From Auanema rhodensis (taxonomy: Eukaryota; Animalia; Nematoda): a stretch of DNA of 64,000 nucleotides. This document shows positions 25,227 to 40,400 of this stretch, in pieces. The position numbers and the translations under genes were made by a program. Location: the NCBI GenBank assembly GCA_964057225.1, contig OZ059898.1, forward strand, positions 15,934,001 to 15,998,000. Direction: 5' to 3'. Positions within the stretch are counted from its first letter, which is position 1. The number at the start of each line of letters is the position of its first letter. A model generated the notes under the pieces. The model did no database searches, was not told the origin of the DNA, and was given only the letters and a program-made list of their open reading frames with translations.

Positions 25227-28200
25227 ATATTACGGTTGTTTCGAAAGTGTTTCATAGCTGCAAATCTGAAATGCTTCATGAACATAAAAGTTGGAACCGA
25301 GTAAAAGTGCTTCATAACTGCAAATCTGAGATGCTTGATGAACATAAAAGTTAGAACAGAGTAAAATGAAGTTGCATCGACTTGTTTTTAAAAATTTTGA
25401 CCACTGAGCGGATCGAACGCCCAACCTTTCGATCTGGAGTCGAACGCGCTACCATTGCGCCAAGCAGTCATATTAGGGTTGCTTCCAAAGTGTTTCATAA
25501 CTGCAAATCTGAGATGCTTCATGAACATAAAAGTGGGAACAGAGTAAAAGTGTTTCATAACTGCAAATCTGAGATGCTTGATGAACATAAAAGTTAGAAC
25601 AGAGTAAAAGTGTTTCATAACTGCAAATCTGAGATGCTTGATGAACATAAAAGTTAGAACAGAGTAAAATGAAGTTGCATCGACTTGTTTTTAAAAATTT
25701 TGACCACTGAGCGGATCGAACGCCCAACCTTTCGATCTGGAGTCGAACGCGCTACCATTGCGCCAAGCAGTCATATTAGGGTTGCTTCGAAAGTGTTTCA
25801 TAGCTGCAAATCTGAAATGCTTCATGAACATAAAAGTGGGAACAGAGTAAAAGTGTTTCATAACTGCAAATCTGAGATGCTTGATGAACATAAAAGTTAG
25901 AACAGAGTAAAATGAAGTTGCATCGACTTGTTTTTAAAAATTTTGACCACTGAGCGGATCGAACGCCCAACCTTTCGATCTGGAGTCGAACGCGCTACCA
26001 TTGCGCCAAGCAGTCATATTACGGTTGTTTCGAAAGTGTTTCATAGCTGCAAATCTGAAATGCTTCATGAACATAAAAGTTGGAACAGAGTAAAAGTGTT
26101 TCATAACTGCAAATCTGAGATGCTTCATGAACATAAAAGTTGGAACCGAGTAAAAGTGTTTCATAACTGCAAATCTGAGATGCTTGATGAACATAAAAGT
26201 TAGAACAGAGTAAAATGAAGTTGCATCGACTTGTTTTTAAAAATTTTGACCACTGAGCGGATCGAACGCCCAACCTTTCGATCTGGAGTCGAACGCGCTA
26301 CCATTGCGCCAAGCAGTCATATTAGGGTTGCTTCGAAAGTGTTTCATAGCTGCAAATCTGAAATGCTTCATGAACATAAAAGTGGGAACAGAGTAAAAGT
26401 GTTTCATAACTGCAAATCTGAGATGCTTGATGAACATAAAAGTTAGAACAGAGTAAAATAAAGTTGCATCGACTTGTTTTTAAAAATTTTGACCATTGAG
26501 CGGATCGAACGCCCAACCTTTCGATCTGGAGTCGAACGCGCTACCATTGCGCCAAGCAGTCATATTAGGGTTGCTTCGAAAGTGTTTCATAGCTGCAAAT
26601 CTGAAATGCTTCATGAACATAAAAGTGGGAACAGAGTAAAAGTGTTTCATAACTGCAAATCTGAGATGCTTGATGAACATAAAAGTTAGAACAGAGTAAA
26701 ATGAAGTTGCATCGACTTGTTTTTAAAAATTTTGACCATTGAGCGGATCGAACGCCCAACCTTTCGATCTGGAGTCGAACGCGCTACCATTGCGCCAAGC
26801 AGTCATATTACGGTTGTTTCGAAAGTGTTTCATAGCTGCAAATCTGAAATGCTTCATGAACATAAAAGTTGGAACCGAGTAAAAGTGCTTCATAACTGCA
26901 AATCTGAGATGCTTGATGAACATAAAAGTTAGAACAGAGTAAAATGAAGTTGCATCGACTTGTTTTTAAAAATTTTGACCACTGAGCGGATCGAACGCCC
27001 AACCTTTCGATCTGGAGTCGAACGCGCTACCATTGCGCCAAGCAGTCATATTAGGGTTGCTTCCAAAGTGTTTCATAACTGCAAATCTGAGATGCTTCAT
27101 GAACATAAAAGTGGGAACAGAGTAAAAGTGTTTCATAACTGCAAATCTGAGATGCTTGATGAACATAAAAGTTAGAACAGAGTAAAATGAAGTTGCATCG
27201 ACTTGTTTTTAAAAATTTTGACCACTGAGCGGATCGAACGCCCAACCTTTCGATCTGGAGTCGAACGCGCTACCATTGCGCCAAGCAGTCATATTAGGGT
27301 TGCTTCGAAAGTGTTTCATAGCTGCAAATCTGAAATGCTTCATGAACATAAAAGTGGGAACAGAGTAAAAGTGTTTCATAACTGCAAATCTGAGATGCTT
27401 GATGAACATAAAAGTTAGAACAGAGTAAAATGAAGTTGCATCGACTTGTTTTTAAAAATTTTGACCACTGAGCGGATCGAACGCCCAACCTTTCGATCTG
27501 GAGTCGAACGCGCTACCATTGCGCCAAGCAGTCATATTAGGGTTGCTTCGAAAGTGTTTCATAGCTGCAAATCTGAAATGCTTCATGAACATAAAAGTGG
27601 GAACAGAGTAAAAGTGTTTCATAACTGCAAATCTGAGATGCTTGATGAACATAAAAGTTAGAACAGAGTAAAATGAAGTTGCATCGACTTGTTTTTAAAA
27701 ATTTTGACCACTGAGCGGATCGAACGCCCAACCTTTCGATCTGGAGTCGAACGCGCTACCATTGCGCCAAGCAGTCATATTAGGGTTGCTTCGAAAGTGT
27801 TTCATAGCTGCAAATCTGAAATGCTTCATGAACATAAAAGTGGGAACAGAGTAAAAGTGTTTCATAACTGCAAAATCTGAGATGCTTCATGAACATAAAA
27901 GTTAGAACAGAGTAAAATGAAGTTGCATCGACTTGTTTTCAAAAATTTTGACCACTGAGCGGATCGAACGCCCAACCTTTCGATCTGGAGTCGAACGCGC
28001 TACCATTGCGCCAAGCAGTCAAATTAGGGTTGCTTCCAAAGTGTTTCATAACTGCAAATCTGAGATGCTTCATGAACATACAAGTTGGAACAGAATAAAA
28101 CTGTTTCATAACTGCAAATCTGAAATGCTTCATGAACATAAAAGTTGGAACCGAGTAAAAGTGTTTCATAACTGCAAATCTGAGATGCTTGATGAACATA

Positions 28201-31200
28201 AAAGTTAGAACAGAGTAAAATGAAGTTGCATCGACTTGTTTTTAAAAATTTTGACCACTGAGCGGATCGAACGCCCAACCTTTCGATCTGGAGTCGAACG
28301 CGCTACCATTGCGCCAAGCAGTCATATTAGGGTTGCTTCCAAACTGTTTCATAGCTGCAAATCTGAAATGCTTCATGAACATAAAAGTGGGAACAGAGTA
28401 AAAGTGTTTCATAACTGCAAAATCTGAGATGCTTCATGAACATAAAAGTTAGAACAGAGTAAAATAAAGTTGCATCGACTTGTTTTTAAAAATTTTGACC
28501 ACTGAGCGGATCGAACGCCCAACCTTTCGATCTGGAGTCGAACGCGCTACCATTGCGCCAAGCAGTCATATTAGGGTTGCTTCCAAAGTGTTTCATAAGT
28601 GCAAATCTGAGATGCTTGATGAACATAAAAGTTAGAACAGAGTAAAATGAAGTTGCATCGACTTGTTTTTAAAAATTTTGACCACTGAGCGGATCGAACC
28701 CCCAATCTTTCGATCTGGAGTCGAACGCGCTACCATTGCGCCAAGCAGTCATATTAGGGTTGCTTCCAAAGTGTTTCATAACTGCAAATCTGAGATGCTT
28801 CATGAACATACAAGTTGGAACAGAGTAAAACTGTTTCATAGCTGCAAATCTGAAATGCTTCATGAACATAAAAGTGGGAACAGAGTAAAAGTGTTTCATA
28901 ACTGCAAAATCTGAGATGCTTGATGAACATAAAAGTTAGAACAGAGTAAAATGAAGTTGCATCGACTTGTTTTTAAAAATTTTGACCACTGAGCGGATCG
29001 AACGCCCAACCTTTCGATCTGGAGTCGAACGCGCTACCATTGCGCCAAGCAGTCATATTAGGGTTGCTTCCAAAGTGTTTCATAACTGCAAATCTGAGAT
29101 GCTTCATGAACATACAAGTTGGAACAGAGTAAAACTGTTTCATAACTGCAAATCTGAGATGCTTCATGAACATAAAAGTTGGAACCGAGTAAAAGTGTTT
29201 CATAACTGCAAATCTGAGATGCTTCATGAACATAAAAGTTGGAACAGAGTAAAAGTGTTTCATAACTGCAAATCTGAGATGCTTCATGAAAATAAAAGTT
29301 GGAACAGAGTAAAAGTGTTTCATAACTACAAATCTGAGATGCTTCATGAACATAAAAGTTGGAACAGAGTAAAATGAAGTTGCATCGACTTGTTTTTAAA
29401 AATTTTGACCACTGAGCGGATCGAACGCCCAACCTTTCGATCTGGAGTCGAACGCGCTACCATTGCGCCAAGCAGTCATATTAGGGTTGCTTCCAAAGTG
29501 TTTCATAACTGCAAATCTGAGATGCTTCATGAACATACAAGTTGGAACAGAGTAAAAGTGTTTCATAACTGCAAATCTGAGATGCTTCATGAACATAAAA
29601 GTTGGAACAGAGTAAAAGTGTTTCATAACTGCAAATCTGAGATGCTTCATGAATATAAAAGATAGAACAGAGTAAAATGAAGTTGCATCGACTTGTTTTT
29701 AAAAGTTTTGACCACTGAGCGGATCGAACGCCCAACCTTTCGATCTGGAGTCGAACGCGCTACCATTGCGCCAAGCAGTCATATTAGGGTTGCTTCCAAA
29801 GTGTTTCATAACTGCAAATCTGAGATGCTTCATGAACATAAAAGTTGGAACAGAGTAAAAGTGTTTCATAACTGCAAATCTGAGATGCTTCATGAACATA
29901 AAAGTTGGAACAGAGTAAAAGTGTTTCATAACTGCAAATCTGAGATGCTTCATGAACATAAAAGTTGGAACAGAGTAAAAGTGTTTCATAACTGCAAATC
30001 TGAGATGCTTCATGAACATAAAAGTTGGAACAGAGTAAAATGAAGTTGCATCGACTTGTTTTTAAAAATTTTGACCACTGAGCGGATCGAACGCCCAACC
30101 TTTCGATCTGGAGTCGAACGCGCTACCATTGCGCCAAGCAGTCATATTAGGGTTGCTTCCAAAGTGTTTCATAACTGCAAATCTGAGATGCTTCATGAAC
30201 ATACAAGTTGGAACAGAGTAAAAGTGTTTCATAACTGCAAATCTGAGATGCTTCATGAACATAAAAGTTGGAACAGAGTAAAATGAGGTTGCATCGACTT
30301 GTTTTTAAAAATTTTGACCACTGAGCGGATCGAACGCCCAACCTTTCGATCTGGAGTCGAACGCGCTACCATTGCGCCAAGCAGTCATATTAGGGTTGCT
30401 TCCAAAGTGTTTCATAACTGCAAATCTGAGATGCTTCATGAACATAAAAGTTGGAACAGAGTAAAAGTGTTTCATAACTGCAAATCTGAGATGCTTCATG
30501 AACATAAAAGTTGGAACAGAGTAAAAGTGTTTCATAACTGCAAATCTGAGATGCTTCATGAACATAAAAGTTGGAACAGAGTAAAATGAAGTTGCATCGA
30601 CTTGTTTTTAAAAATTTTGACCACTGAGCGGATCGAACGCCCAACCTTTCGATCTGGAGTCGAACGCGCTACCATTGCGCCAAGCAGTCATATTAGGGTT
30701 GCTTCCAAAGTGTTTCATAACTGCAAATCTGAGATGCTTCATGAACATACAAGTTGGAACAGAGTAAAAGTGTTTCATAACTGCAAATCTGAGATGCTTC
30801 ATGAACATAAAAGTTGGAACAGAGTAAAATGAAGTTGCATCGACTTGTTTTTAAAAATTTTGACCACTGAGCGGATCGAACGCCCAACCTTTCGATCTGG
30901 AGTCGAACGCGCTACCATTGCGCCAAGCAGTCATATTAGGGTTGCTTCCAAAGTGTTTCATAACTGCAAATCTGAGATGCTTCATGAACATAAAAGTTGG
31001 AACAGAGTAAAAGTGTTTCATAACTGCAAATCTGAGATGCTTCATGAACATAAAAGTTGGAACAGAGTAAAATGAAGTTGCATCGACTTGTTTTTAAAAA
31101 TTTTGACCACTGAGCGGATCGAACGCCCAACCTTTCGATCTGGAGTCGAACGCGCTACCATTGCGCCAAGCAGTCATATTAGGGTTGCTTCCAAAGTGTT

Positions 31201-31346
31201 TCATAACTGCAAATCTGAGATGCTTCATGAACTTACAAGTTGGAACAGAGTAATAGTGTTTCATAACTACAAATCTGAGATGCTTCATGAACATAAAAGT
31301 TGGAACAGAGTAAAATGAAGTTGCATCGACTTGTTTTTAAAAATTT

Positions 31347-31417
31347 TGACCACTGAGCGGATCGAACGCCCAACTTTCGATCTGGAGTCGAACGCGCTAC
31401 CATTGCGCCAAGCAGTC
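31347..31417 (-). pseudogene. tRNA-Trp copy with a 1 bp deletion in the variable loop
   Basis: CCCAACTTTCGA instead of CCCAACCTTTCGA. It could also be a sequencing error, or still be functional. Confidence 0.45.
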
Positions 31418-34400
31418 ATATTAGGGTTGCTTCCAAAGTGTTTCATAACTGCAAATCTGAGATGCTTCATGAACATAAAAGTTGGAACAGAGTAAAAGTG
31501 TTTCATAACTGCAAATCTGAGATGCTTCATGAACATAAAAGTTGGAACAGAGTAAAAGTGTTTCATAACTGCAAATCTGAGATGCTTCATGAACATAAAA
31601 GTTGGAACAGAGTAAAATGAAGTTGCATCGACTTGTCTTTAAAAATTTTGACCACTGAGCGGATCGAACGCCCAACCTTTCGATCTGGAGTCGAACGCGC
31701 TACCATTGCGCCAAGCAGTCATGCTAGTGTTGCTTCCAAAGTGTTTCATAACTGCAAATCTGAGATACTTCATGAACATACAAGTTGGAACAGAGTAAAA
31801 GTGTTTCATAACTGCAAATCTGAGATGCTTCATGAACATAAAAGTTGGAACAGAGTAAAAGTGTTTCATAACTGCAAATCTGAGATGCTTCATGAACATA
31901 AAAGTTGGAACAGAGTAAAATGAAGTTGCATCGACTTGTTTTTAAAAATTTTGACCACTGAGCGGATCGAACGCCCAACCTTTCGATCTGGAGTCGAACG
32001 CGCTACCATTGCGCCAAGCAGTCATATTAGGGTTGCTTCCAAAGTGTTTCATAACTGCAAATCTGAGATGCTTCATGAACATACAAGTTGGAACAGAGTA
32101 AAAGTGTTTCATAACTGCAAATCTGAGATGCTTCATGAACATAAAAGTTGGAACAGAGTAAAATGAAGTTGCATCGACTTGTTTTTAAAAATTTTGACCA
32201 CTGAGCGGATCGAACGCCCAACCTTTCGATCTGGAGTCGAACGCGCTACCATTGCGCCAAGCAGTCATATTAGGGTTGCTTCCAAAGTGTTTCATAACTG
32301 CAAATCTGAGATGCTTCATGAACATAAAAGTTGGAACAGAGTAAAAGTGTTTCATAACTGCAAATCTGAGATGCTTCATGAACATAAAAGTTGGAACAGA
32401 GTAAAAGTGTTTCATAACTGCAAATCTGAGATGCTTCATGAACATAAAAGTTGGAACAGAGTAAAATGAAGTTGCATCGACTTGTTTTTAAAAATTTTGA
32501 CCACTGAGCGGATCGAACGCCCAACCTTTCGATCTGGAGTCGAACGCGCTACCATTGCGCCAAGCAGTCATATTAGGGTTGCTTCCAAAGTGTTTCATAA
32601 CTGCAAATCTGAGATGCTTCATGAACATACAAGTTGGAACAGAGTAAAAGTGTTTCATAACTGCAAATCTGAGATGCTTCATGAACATAAAAGTTGGAAC
32701 AGAGTAAAATGAGGTTGCATCGACTTGTTTTTAAAAATTTTGACCACTGAGCGGATCGAACGCCCAACCTTTCGATCTGGAGTCGAACGCGCTACCATTG
32801 CGCCAAGCAGTCATATTAGGGTTGCTTCCAAAGTGTTTCATAACTGCAAATCTGAGATGCTTCATGAACATAAAAGTTGGAACAGAGTAAAAGTGTTTCA
32901 TAACTGCAAATCTGAGATGCTTCATGAACATAAAAGTTGGAACAGAGTAAAATGAAGTTGCATCGACTTGTTTTTAAAAATTTTGACCACTGAGCGGATC
33001 GAACGCCCAACCTTTCGATCTGGAGTCGAACGCGCTACCATTGCGCCAAGCAGTCATATTAGGGTTGCTTCCAAAGTGTTTCATAACTGCAAATCTGAGA
33101 TGCTTCATGAACATAAAAGTTGGAACAGAGTAAAAGTGTTTCATAACTGCAAATCTGAGATGCTTCATGAACATAAAAGTTGGGACAGAGTAAAATGAAG
33201 TTGCATCGACTTGTTTTTAAAAATTTTGACCACTGAGCGGATCGAACGCCCAACCTTTCGATCTGGAGTCGAACGCGCTACCATTGCGCCAAGCAGTCAT
33301 ATTAGGGTTGCTTCCAAAGTGTTTCATAACTGCAAATCTGAGATGCTTCATGAACTTACAAGTTGGAACAGAGTAATAGTGTTTCATAACTACAAATCTG
33401 AGATGCTTCATGAACATAAAAGTTGGAACAGAGTAAAATGAAGTTGCATCGACTTGTTTTTAAAAATTTTGACCACTGAGCGGATCGAACGCCCAACCTT
33501 TCGATCTGGAGTCGAACGCGCTACCATTGCGCCAAGCAGTCATATTAGGGTTGCTTCCAAAGTGTTTCATAACTGCAAATCTGAGATGCTTCATGAACAT
33601 AAAAGTTGGAACAGAGTAAAAGTGTTTCATAACTGCAAATCTGAGATGCTTCATGAACATAAAAGTTGGGACAGAGTAAAAGTGTTTCATAACTGCAAAT
33701 CTGAGATGCTTCATGAACATAAAAGTTGGAACAGAGTAAAATGAAGTTGCATCGACTTGTTTTTAAAAATTTTGACCACTGAGCGGATCGAACGCCCAAC
33801 CTTTCGATCTGGAGTCGAACGCGCTACCATTGCGCCAAGCAGTCATATTAGGGTTGCTTCCAAAGTGTTTCATAACTGCAAATCTGAGATGCTTCATGAA
33901 CATAAAAGTTCGAACAGAGTGAAATGAAGTTGCATCGACTTGTTTTTAAAAATTTTGACCACTGAGCGGATCGAACGCCCAACATTTCGATCTGGAGTCG
34001 AACGCGCTACCATTGCGCCAAGCAGTCATATTAGGGTTGCTTCCAAAGTGTTTCATAACTGCAAATCTGAGATGCTTCATGAACTTACAAGTTGGAACAG
34101 AGTAAAAGTGTTTCATAACTGCAAATCTGAGATGCTTCATGAACATAAAAGTTGGAACAGAGTAAAAGTGTTTCATAACTGCAAATCTGAGATGCTTCAT
34201 GAACATAAAAGTTGGAACAGAGTAAAATGAAGTTGCATCGACTTGTTTTTAAAAATTTTGACCACTGAGCGGATCGAACGCCCAACCTTTCGATCTGGAG
34301 TCGAACGCGCTACCATTGCGCCAAGCAGTCATATTAGGGTTGCTTCCAAAGTGTTTCATAACTGCAAATCTGAGATGCTTCATGAACATACAAGTTGGAA

Positions 34401-37400
34401 CAGAGTAAAAGTGTTTCATAACTGCAAATCTGAGATGCTTCATGAACATAAAAGTTGGAACAGAGTAAAATGAAGTTGCATCGACTTGTTTTTAAAAATT
34501 TTGACCACTGAGCGGATCGAACGCCCAACCTTTCGATCTGGAGTCGAACGCGCTACCATTGCGCCAAGCAGTCATATTAGGGTTGCTTCCAAAGTGTTTC
34601 ATAACTGCAAATCTGAGATGCTTCATGAACATAAAAGTTGGAACAGAGTAAAAGTGTTTCATAACTGCAAATCTGAGATGCTTCATGAACATAAAAGTTG
34701 GAACAGAGTAAAAGTGTTTCATAACTGCAAATCTGAGATGCTTCATGAACATAAAAGTTGGAACAGAGTAAAATGAAGTTGCATCGACTTGTTTTTAAAA
34801 ATTTTGACCACTGAGCGGATCGAACGCCCAACCTTTCGATCTGGAGTCGAACGCGCTACCATTGCGCCAAGCAGTCATATTAGGGTTGCTTCCAAAGTGT
34901 TTCATAACTGCAAATCTGAGATGCTTCATGAACTTACAAGTTGGAACAGAGTAATAGTGTTTCATAACTACAAATCTGAGATGCTTCATGAACATAAAAG
35001 TTGGAACAGAGTAAAATGAAGTTGCATCGACTTGTTTTTAAAAATTTTGACCACTGAGCGGATCGAACGCCCAACCTTTCGATCTGGAGTCGAACGCGCT
35101 ACCATTGCGCCAAGCAGTCATATTAGGGTTGCTTCCAAAGTGTTTCATAACTGCAAATCTGAGATGCTTCATGAACATAAAAGTTGGAACAGAGTAAAAG
35201 TGTTTCATAACTGCAAATCTGAGATGCTTCATGAACATAAAAGTTGGAACAGAGTAAAATGAAGTTGCATCGACTTGTTTTTAAAAATTTTGACCACTGA
35301 GCGGATCGAACGCCCAACCTTTCGATCTGGAGTCGAACGCGCTACCATTGCGCCAAGCAGTCATATTAGGGTTGCTTCCAAAGTGTTTCATAACTGCAAA
35401 TCTGAGATGCTTCATGAACTTACAAGTTGGAACAGAGTAATAGTGTTTCATAACTACAAATCTGAGATGCTTCATGAACATAAAAGTTGGAACAGAGTAA
35501 AATGAAGTTGCATCGACTTGTTTTTAAAAATTTTGACCACTGAGCGGATCGAACGCCCAACCTTTCGATCTGGAGTCGAACGCGCTACCATTGCGCCAAG
35601 CAGTCATATTAGGGTTGCTTCCAAAGTGTTTCATAACTGCAAATCTGAGATGCTTCATGAACATAAAAGTTCGAACAGAGTGAAATGAAGTTGCATCGAC
35701 TTGTTTTTAAAAATTTTGACCACTGAGCGGATCGAACGCCCAACATTTCGATCTGGAGTCGAACGCGCTACCATTGCGCCAAGCAGTCATATTAGGGTTG
35801 CTTCCAAAGTGTTTCATAACTGCAAATCTGAGATGCTTCATGAACTTACAAGTTGGAACAGAGTAAAAGTGTTTCATAACTGCAAATCTGAGATGCTTCA
35901 TGAACATAAAAGTTGGAACAGAGTAAAAGTGTTTCATAACTGCAAATCTGAGATGCTTCATGAAAATTAAAGTTGGAACAGAGTAAAAGTGTTTCATAAC
36001 TACAAATCTGAGATGCTTCATGAAAATAAAAGTTGGAACAGAGTAAAATGAAGTTGCATCGACTTGTTTTTAAAAATTTTGACCACTGAGCGGATTGAAC
36101 GCCCAACCTTTCGATCTGGAGTCGAACGCGCTACCATTGCGCCAAGCAGTCATATTAGGGTTGCTTCCAAAGTGTTTCATAACTGCAAATCTGAGATGCT
36201 TCATGAACATAAAAGTTCGAACAGAGTGAAATGAAGTTGCATCGACTTGTTTTTAAAAATTTTGACCACTGAGCGGATCGAACGCCCAACATTTCGATCT
36301 GGAGTCGAACGCGCTACCATTGCGCCAAGCAGTCATATTAGGGTTGCTTCCAAAGTGTTTCATAACTGCAAATCTGAGATGCTTCATGAACTTACAAGTT
36401 GGAACAGAGTAAAAGTGTTTCATAACTGCAAATCTGAGATGCTTCATGAACATAAAAGTTGGAACAGAGTAAAAGTGTTTCATAACTGCAAATCTGAGAT
36501 GCTTCATGAAAATTAAAGTTGGAACAGAGTAAAAGTGTTTCATAACTACAAATCTGAGATGCTTCATGAAAATAAAAGTTGGAACAGAGTAAAATGAAGT
36601 TGCATCGACTTGTTTTTAAAAATTTTGACCACTGAGCGGATCGAACGCCCAACCTTTCGATCTGGAGTCGAACGCGCTACCATTGCGCCAAGCAGTCATA
36701 TTAGGGTTGCTTCCAAAGTGTTTCATAACTGCAAATCTGAGATGCTTCATGAACATACAAGTTGGAACAGAGTAAAAGTGTTTCATAACTGCAAATCTGA
36801 GATGCTTCATGAACATAAAAGTTGGAACAGAGTAAAATGAAGTTGCATCGACTTGTTTTTAAAAATTTTGACCACTGAGCGGATCGAACGCCCAACCTTT
36901 CGATCTGGAGTCGAACGCGCTACCATTGCGCCAAGCAGTCATATTAGGGTTGCTTCCAAAGTGTTTCATAACTGCAAATCTGAGATGCTTCATGAACATA
37001 AAAGTTGGAACAGAGTAAAAGTGTTTCATAACTGCAAATCTGAGATGCTTCATGAACATAAAAGTTGGGACAGAGTAAAAGTGTTTCATAACTGCAAATC
37101 TGAGATGCTTCATGAACATAAAAGTTGGAACAGAGTAAAATGAAGTTGCATCGACTTGTTTTTAAAAATTTTGACCACTGAGCGGATCGAACGCCCAACC
37201 TTTCGATCTGGAGTCGAACGCGCTACCATTGCGCCAAGCAGTCATATTAGGGTTGCTTCCAAAGTGTTTCATAACTGCAAATCTGAGATGCTTCATGAAC
37301 ATAAAAGTTGGAACAGAGTAAAACTGTTTCATAACTGCAAATCTGAGATGCTTCATGAACATAAAAGTTGGAACAGAGTAAAAGTGTTTCATAACTGCAA

Positions 37401-40400
37401 ATCTGAGATGCTTCATGAACATAAAAGTTGGAACAGAGTAAAAGTGTTTCATAACTGCAAATCTGAGATGCTTCATGAACATAAAAGTTGGAACAGAGTA
37501 AAAGTGTTTCATAACTGCAAATCTGAGATGCTTCATGAACATAAAAGTTGGAACAGAGTAAAATGAAGTTGCATCGACTTGTTTTTAAAAATTTTGACCA
37601 CTGAGCGGATCGAACACCCAACCTTTCGATCTGGAGTCGAACGCGCTACCATTGCGCCAAGCAGTCATATTAGGGTTGCTTCCAAAGTGTTTCATAACTG
37701 CAAATCTGAGATGCTTCATGAACATAAAAGTTGGAACAGAGTAAAAGTGTTTCATAACTGCAAATCTGAGATGCTTCATGAACATAAAAGTTGGAACAGA
37801 GTAAAAGTGTTTCATAACTGCAAATCTGAGATGCTTCATGAACATAAAAGTTGGAACAGAGTAAAATGAAGTTGCATCGACTTGTTTTTAAAAATTTTGA
37901 CCACTGAGCGGATCGAACGCCCAACCTTTCGATCTGGAGTCGAACGCGCTACCATTGCGCCAAGCAGTCATATTAGGGTTGCTTCCAAAGTGTTTCATAA
38001 CTGCAAATCTGAGATGCTTCATGAACTTACAAGTTGGAACAGAGTAATAGTGTTTCATAACTACAAATCTGAGATGCTTCATGAACATAAAAGTTGGAAC
38101 AGAGTAAAATGAAGTTGCATCGACTTGTTTTTAAAAATTTTGACCACTGAGCGGATCGAACGCCCAACCTTTCGATCTGGAGTCGAACGCGCTACCATTG
38201 CGCCAAGCAGTCATATTAGGGTTGCTTCCAAAGTGTTTCATAACTGCAAATCTGAGATGCTTCATGAACATAAAAGTTCGAACAGAGTGAAATGAAGTTG
38301 CATCGACTTGTTTTTAAAAATTTTGACCACTGAGCGGATCGAACGCCCAACATTTCGATCTGGAGTCGAACGCGCTACCATTGCGCCAAGCAGTCATATT
38401 AGGGTTGCTTCCAAAGTGTTTCATAACTGCAAATCTGAGATGCTTCATGAACTTACAAGTTGGAACAGAGTAAAAGTGTTTCATAACTGCAAATCTGAGA
38501 TGCTTCATGAACATAAAAGTTGGAACAGAGTAAAAGTGTTTCATAACTGCAAATCTGAGATGCTTCATGAAAATTAAAGTTGGAACAGAGTAAAAGTGTT
38601 TCATAACTACAAATCTGAGATGCTTCATGAAAATAAAAGTTGGAACAGAGTAAAATGAAGTTGCATCGACTTGTTTTTAAAAATTTTGACCACTGAGCGG
38701 ATCGAACGCCCAACCTTTCGATCTGGAGTCGAACGCGCTACCATTGCGCCAAGCAGTCATATTAGGGTTGCTTCCAAAGTGTTTCATAACTGCAAATCTG
38801 AGATGCTTCATGAACATACAAGTTGGAACAGAGTAAAAGTGTTTCATAACTGCAAATCTGAGATGCTTCATGAACATAAAAGTTGGAACAGAGTAAAATG
38901 AAGTTGCATCGACTTGTTTTTAAAAATTTTGACCACTGAGCGGATCGAACGCCCAACCTTTCGATCTGGAGTCGAACGCGCTACCATTGCGCCAAGCAGT
39001 CATATTAGGGTTGCTTCCAAAGTGTTTCATAACTGCAAATCTGAGATGCTTCATGAACATAAAAGTTGGAACAGAGTAAAAGTGTTTCATAACTGCAAAT
39101 CTGAGATGCTTCATGAACATAAAAGTTGGGACAGAGTAAAAGTGTTTCATAACTGCAAATCTGAGATGCTTCATGAACATAAAAGTTGGAACAGAGTAAA
39201 ATGAAGTTGCATCGACTTGTTTTTAAAAATTTTGACCACTGAGCGGATCGAACGCCCAACCTTTCGATCTGGAGTCGAACGCGCTACCATTGCGCCAAGC
39301 AGTCATATTAGGGTTGCTTCCAAAGTGTTTCATAACTGCAAATCTGAGATGCTTCATGAACATAAAAGTTGGAACAGAGTAAAACTGTTTCATAACTGCA
39401 AATCTGAGATGCTTCATGAACATAAAAGTTGGAACAGAGTAAAAGTGTTTCATAACTGCAAATCTGAGATGCTTCATGAACATAAAAGTTGGAACAGAGT
39501 AAAAGTGTTTCATAACTGCAAATCTGAGATGCTTCATGAACATAAAAGTTGGAACAGAGTAAAAGTGTTTCATAACTGCAAATCTGAGATGCTTCATGAA
39601 CATAAAAGTTGGAACAGAGTAAAATGAAGTTGCATCGACTTGTTTTTAAAAATTTTGACCACTGAGCGGATCGAACACCCAACCTTTCGATCTGGAGTCG
39701 AACGCGCTACCATTGCGCCAAGCAGTCATATTAGGGTTGCTTCCAAAGTGTTTCATAACTGCAAATCTGAGATGCTTCATGAACATAAAAGTTGGAACAG
39801 AGTAAAAGTGTTTCATAACTGCAAATCTGAGATGCTTCATGAACATAAAAGTTGGAACAGAGTAAAAGTGTTTCATAACTGCAAATCTGAGATGCTTCAT
39901 GAACATAAAAGTTGGAACAGAGTAAAAGTGTTTCATAACTGCAAATCTGAGATGCTTCATGAACATAAAAGTTGGAACAGAGTAAAATGAAGTTGCATCG
40001 ACTTGTTTTTAAAAATTTTGACCACTGAGCGGATCGAACGCCCAACCTTTCGATCTGGAGTCGAACGCGCTACCATTGCGCCAAGCAGTCATATTAGGGT
40101 TGCTTCCAAAGTGTTTCATAACTGCAAATCTGAGATGCTTCATGAACTTACAAGTTGGAACAGAGTAATAGTGTTTCATAACTACAAATCTGAGATGCTT
40201 CATGAACATAAAAGTTGGAACAGAGTAAAATGAAGTTGCATCGACTTGTTTTTAAAAATTTTGACCACTGAGCGGATCGAACGCCCAACCTTTCGATCTG
40301 GAGTCGAACGCGCTACCATTGCGCCAAGCAGTCATATTAGGGTTGCTTCCAAAGTGTTTCATAACTGCAAATCTGAGATGCTTCATGAACATAAAAGTTC

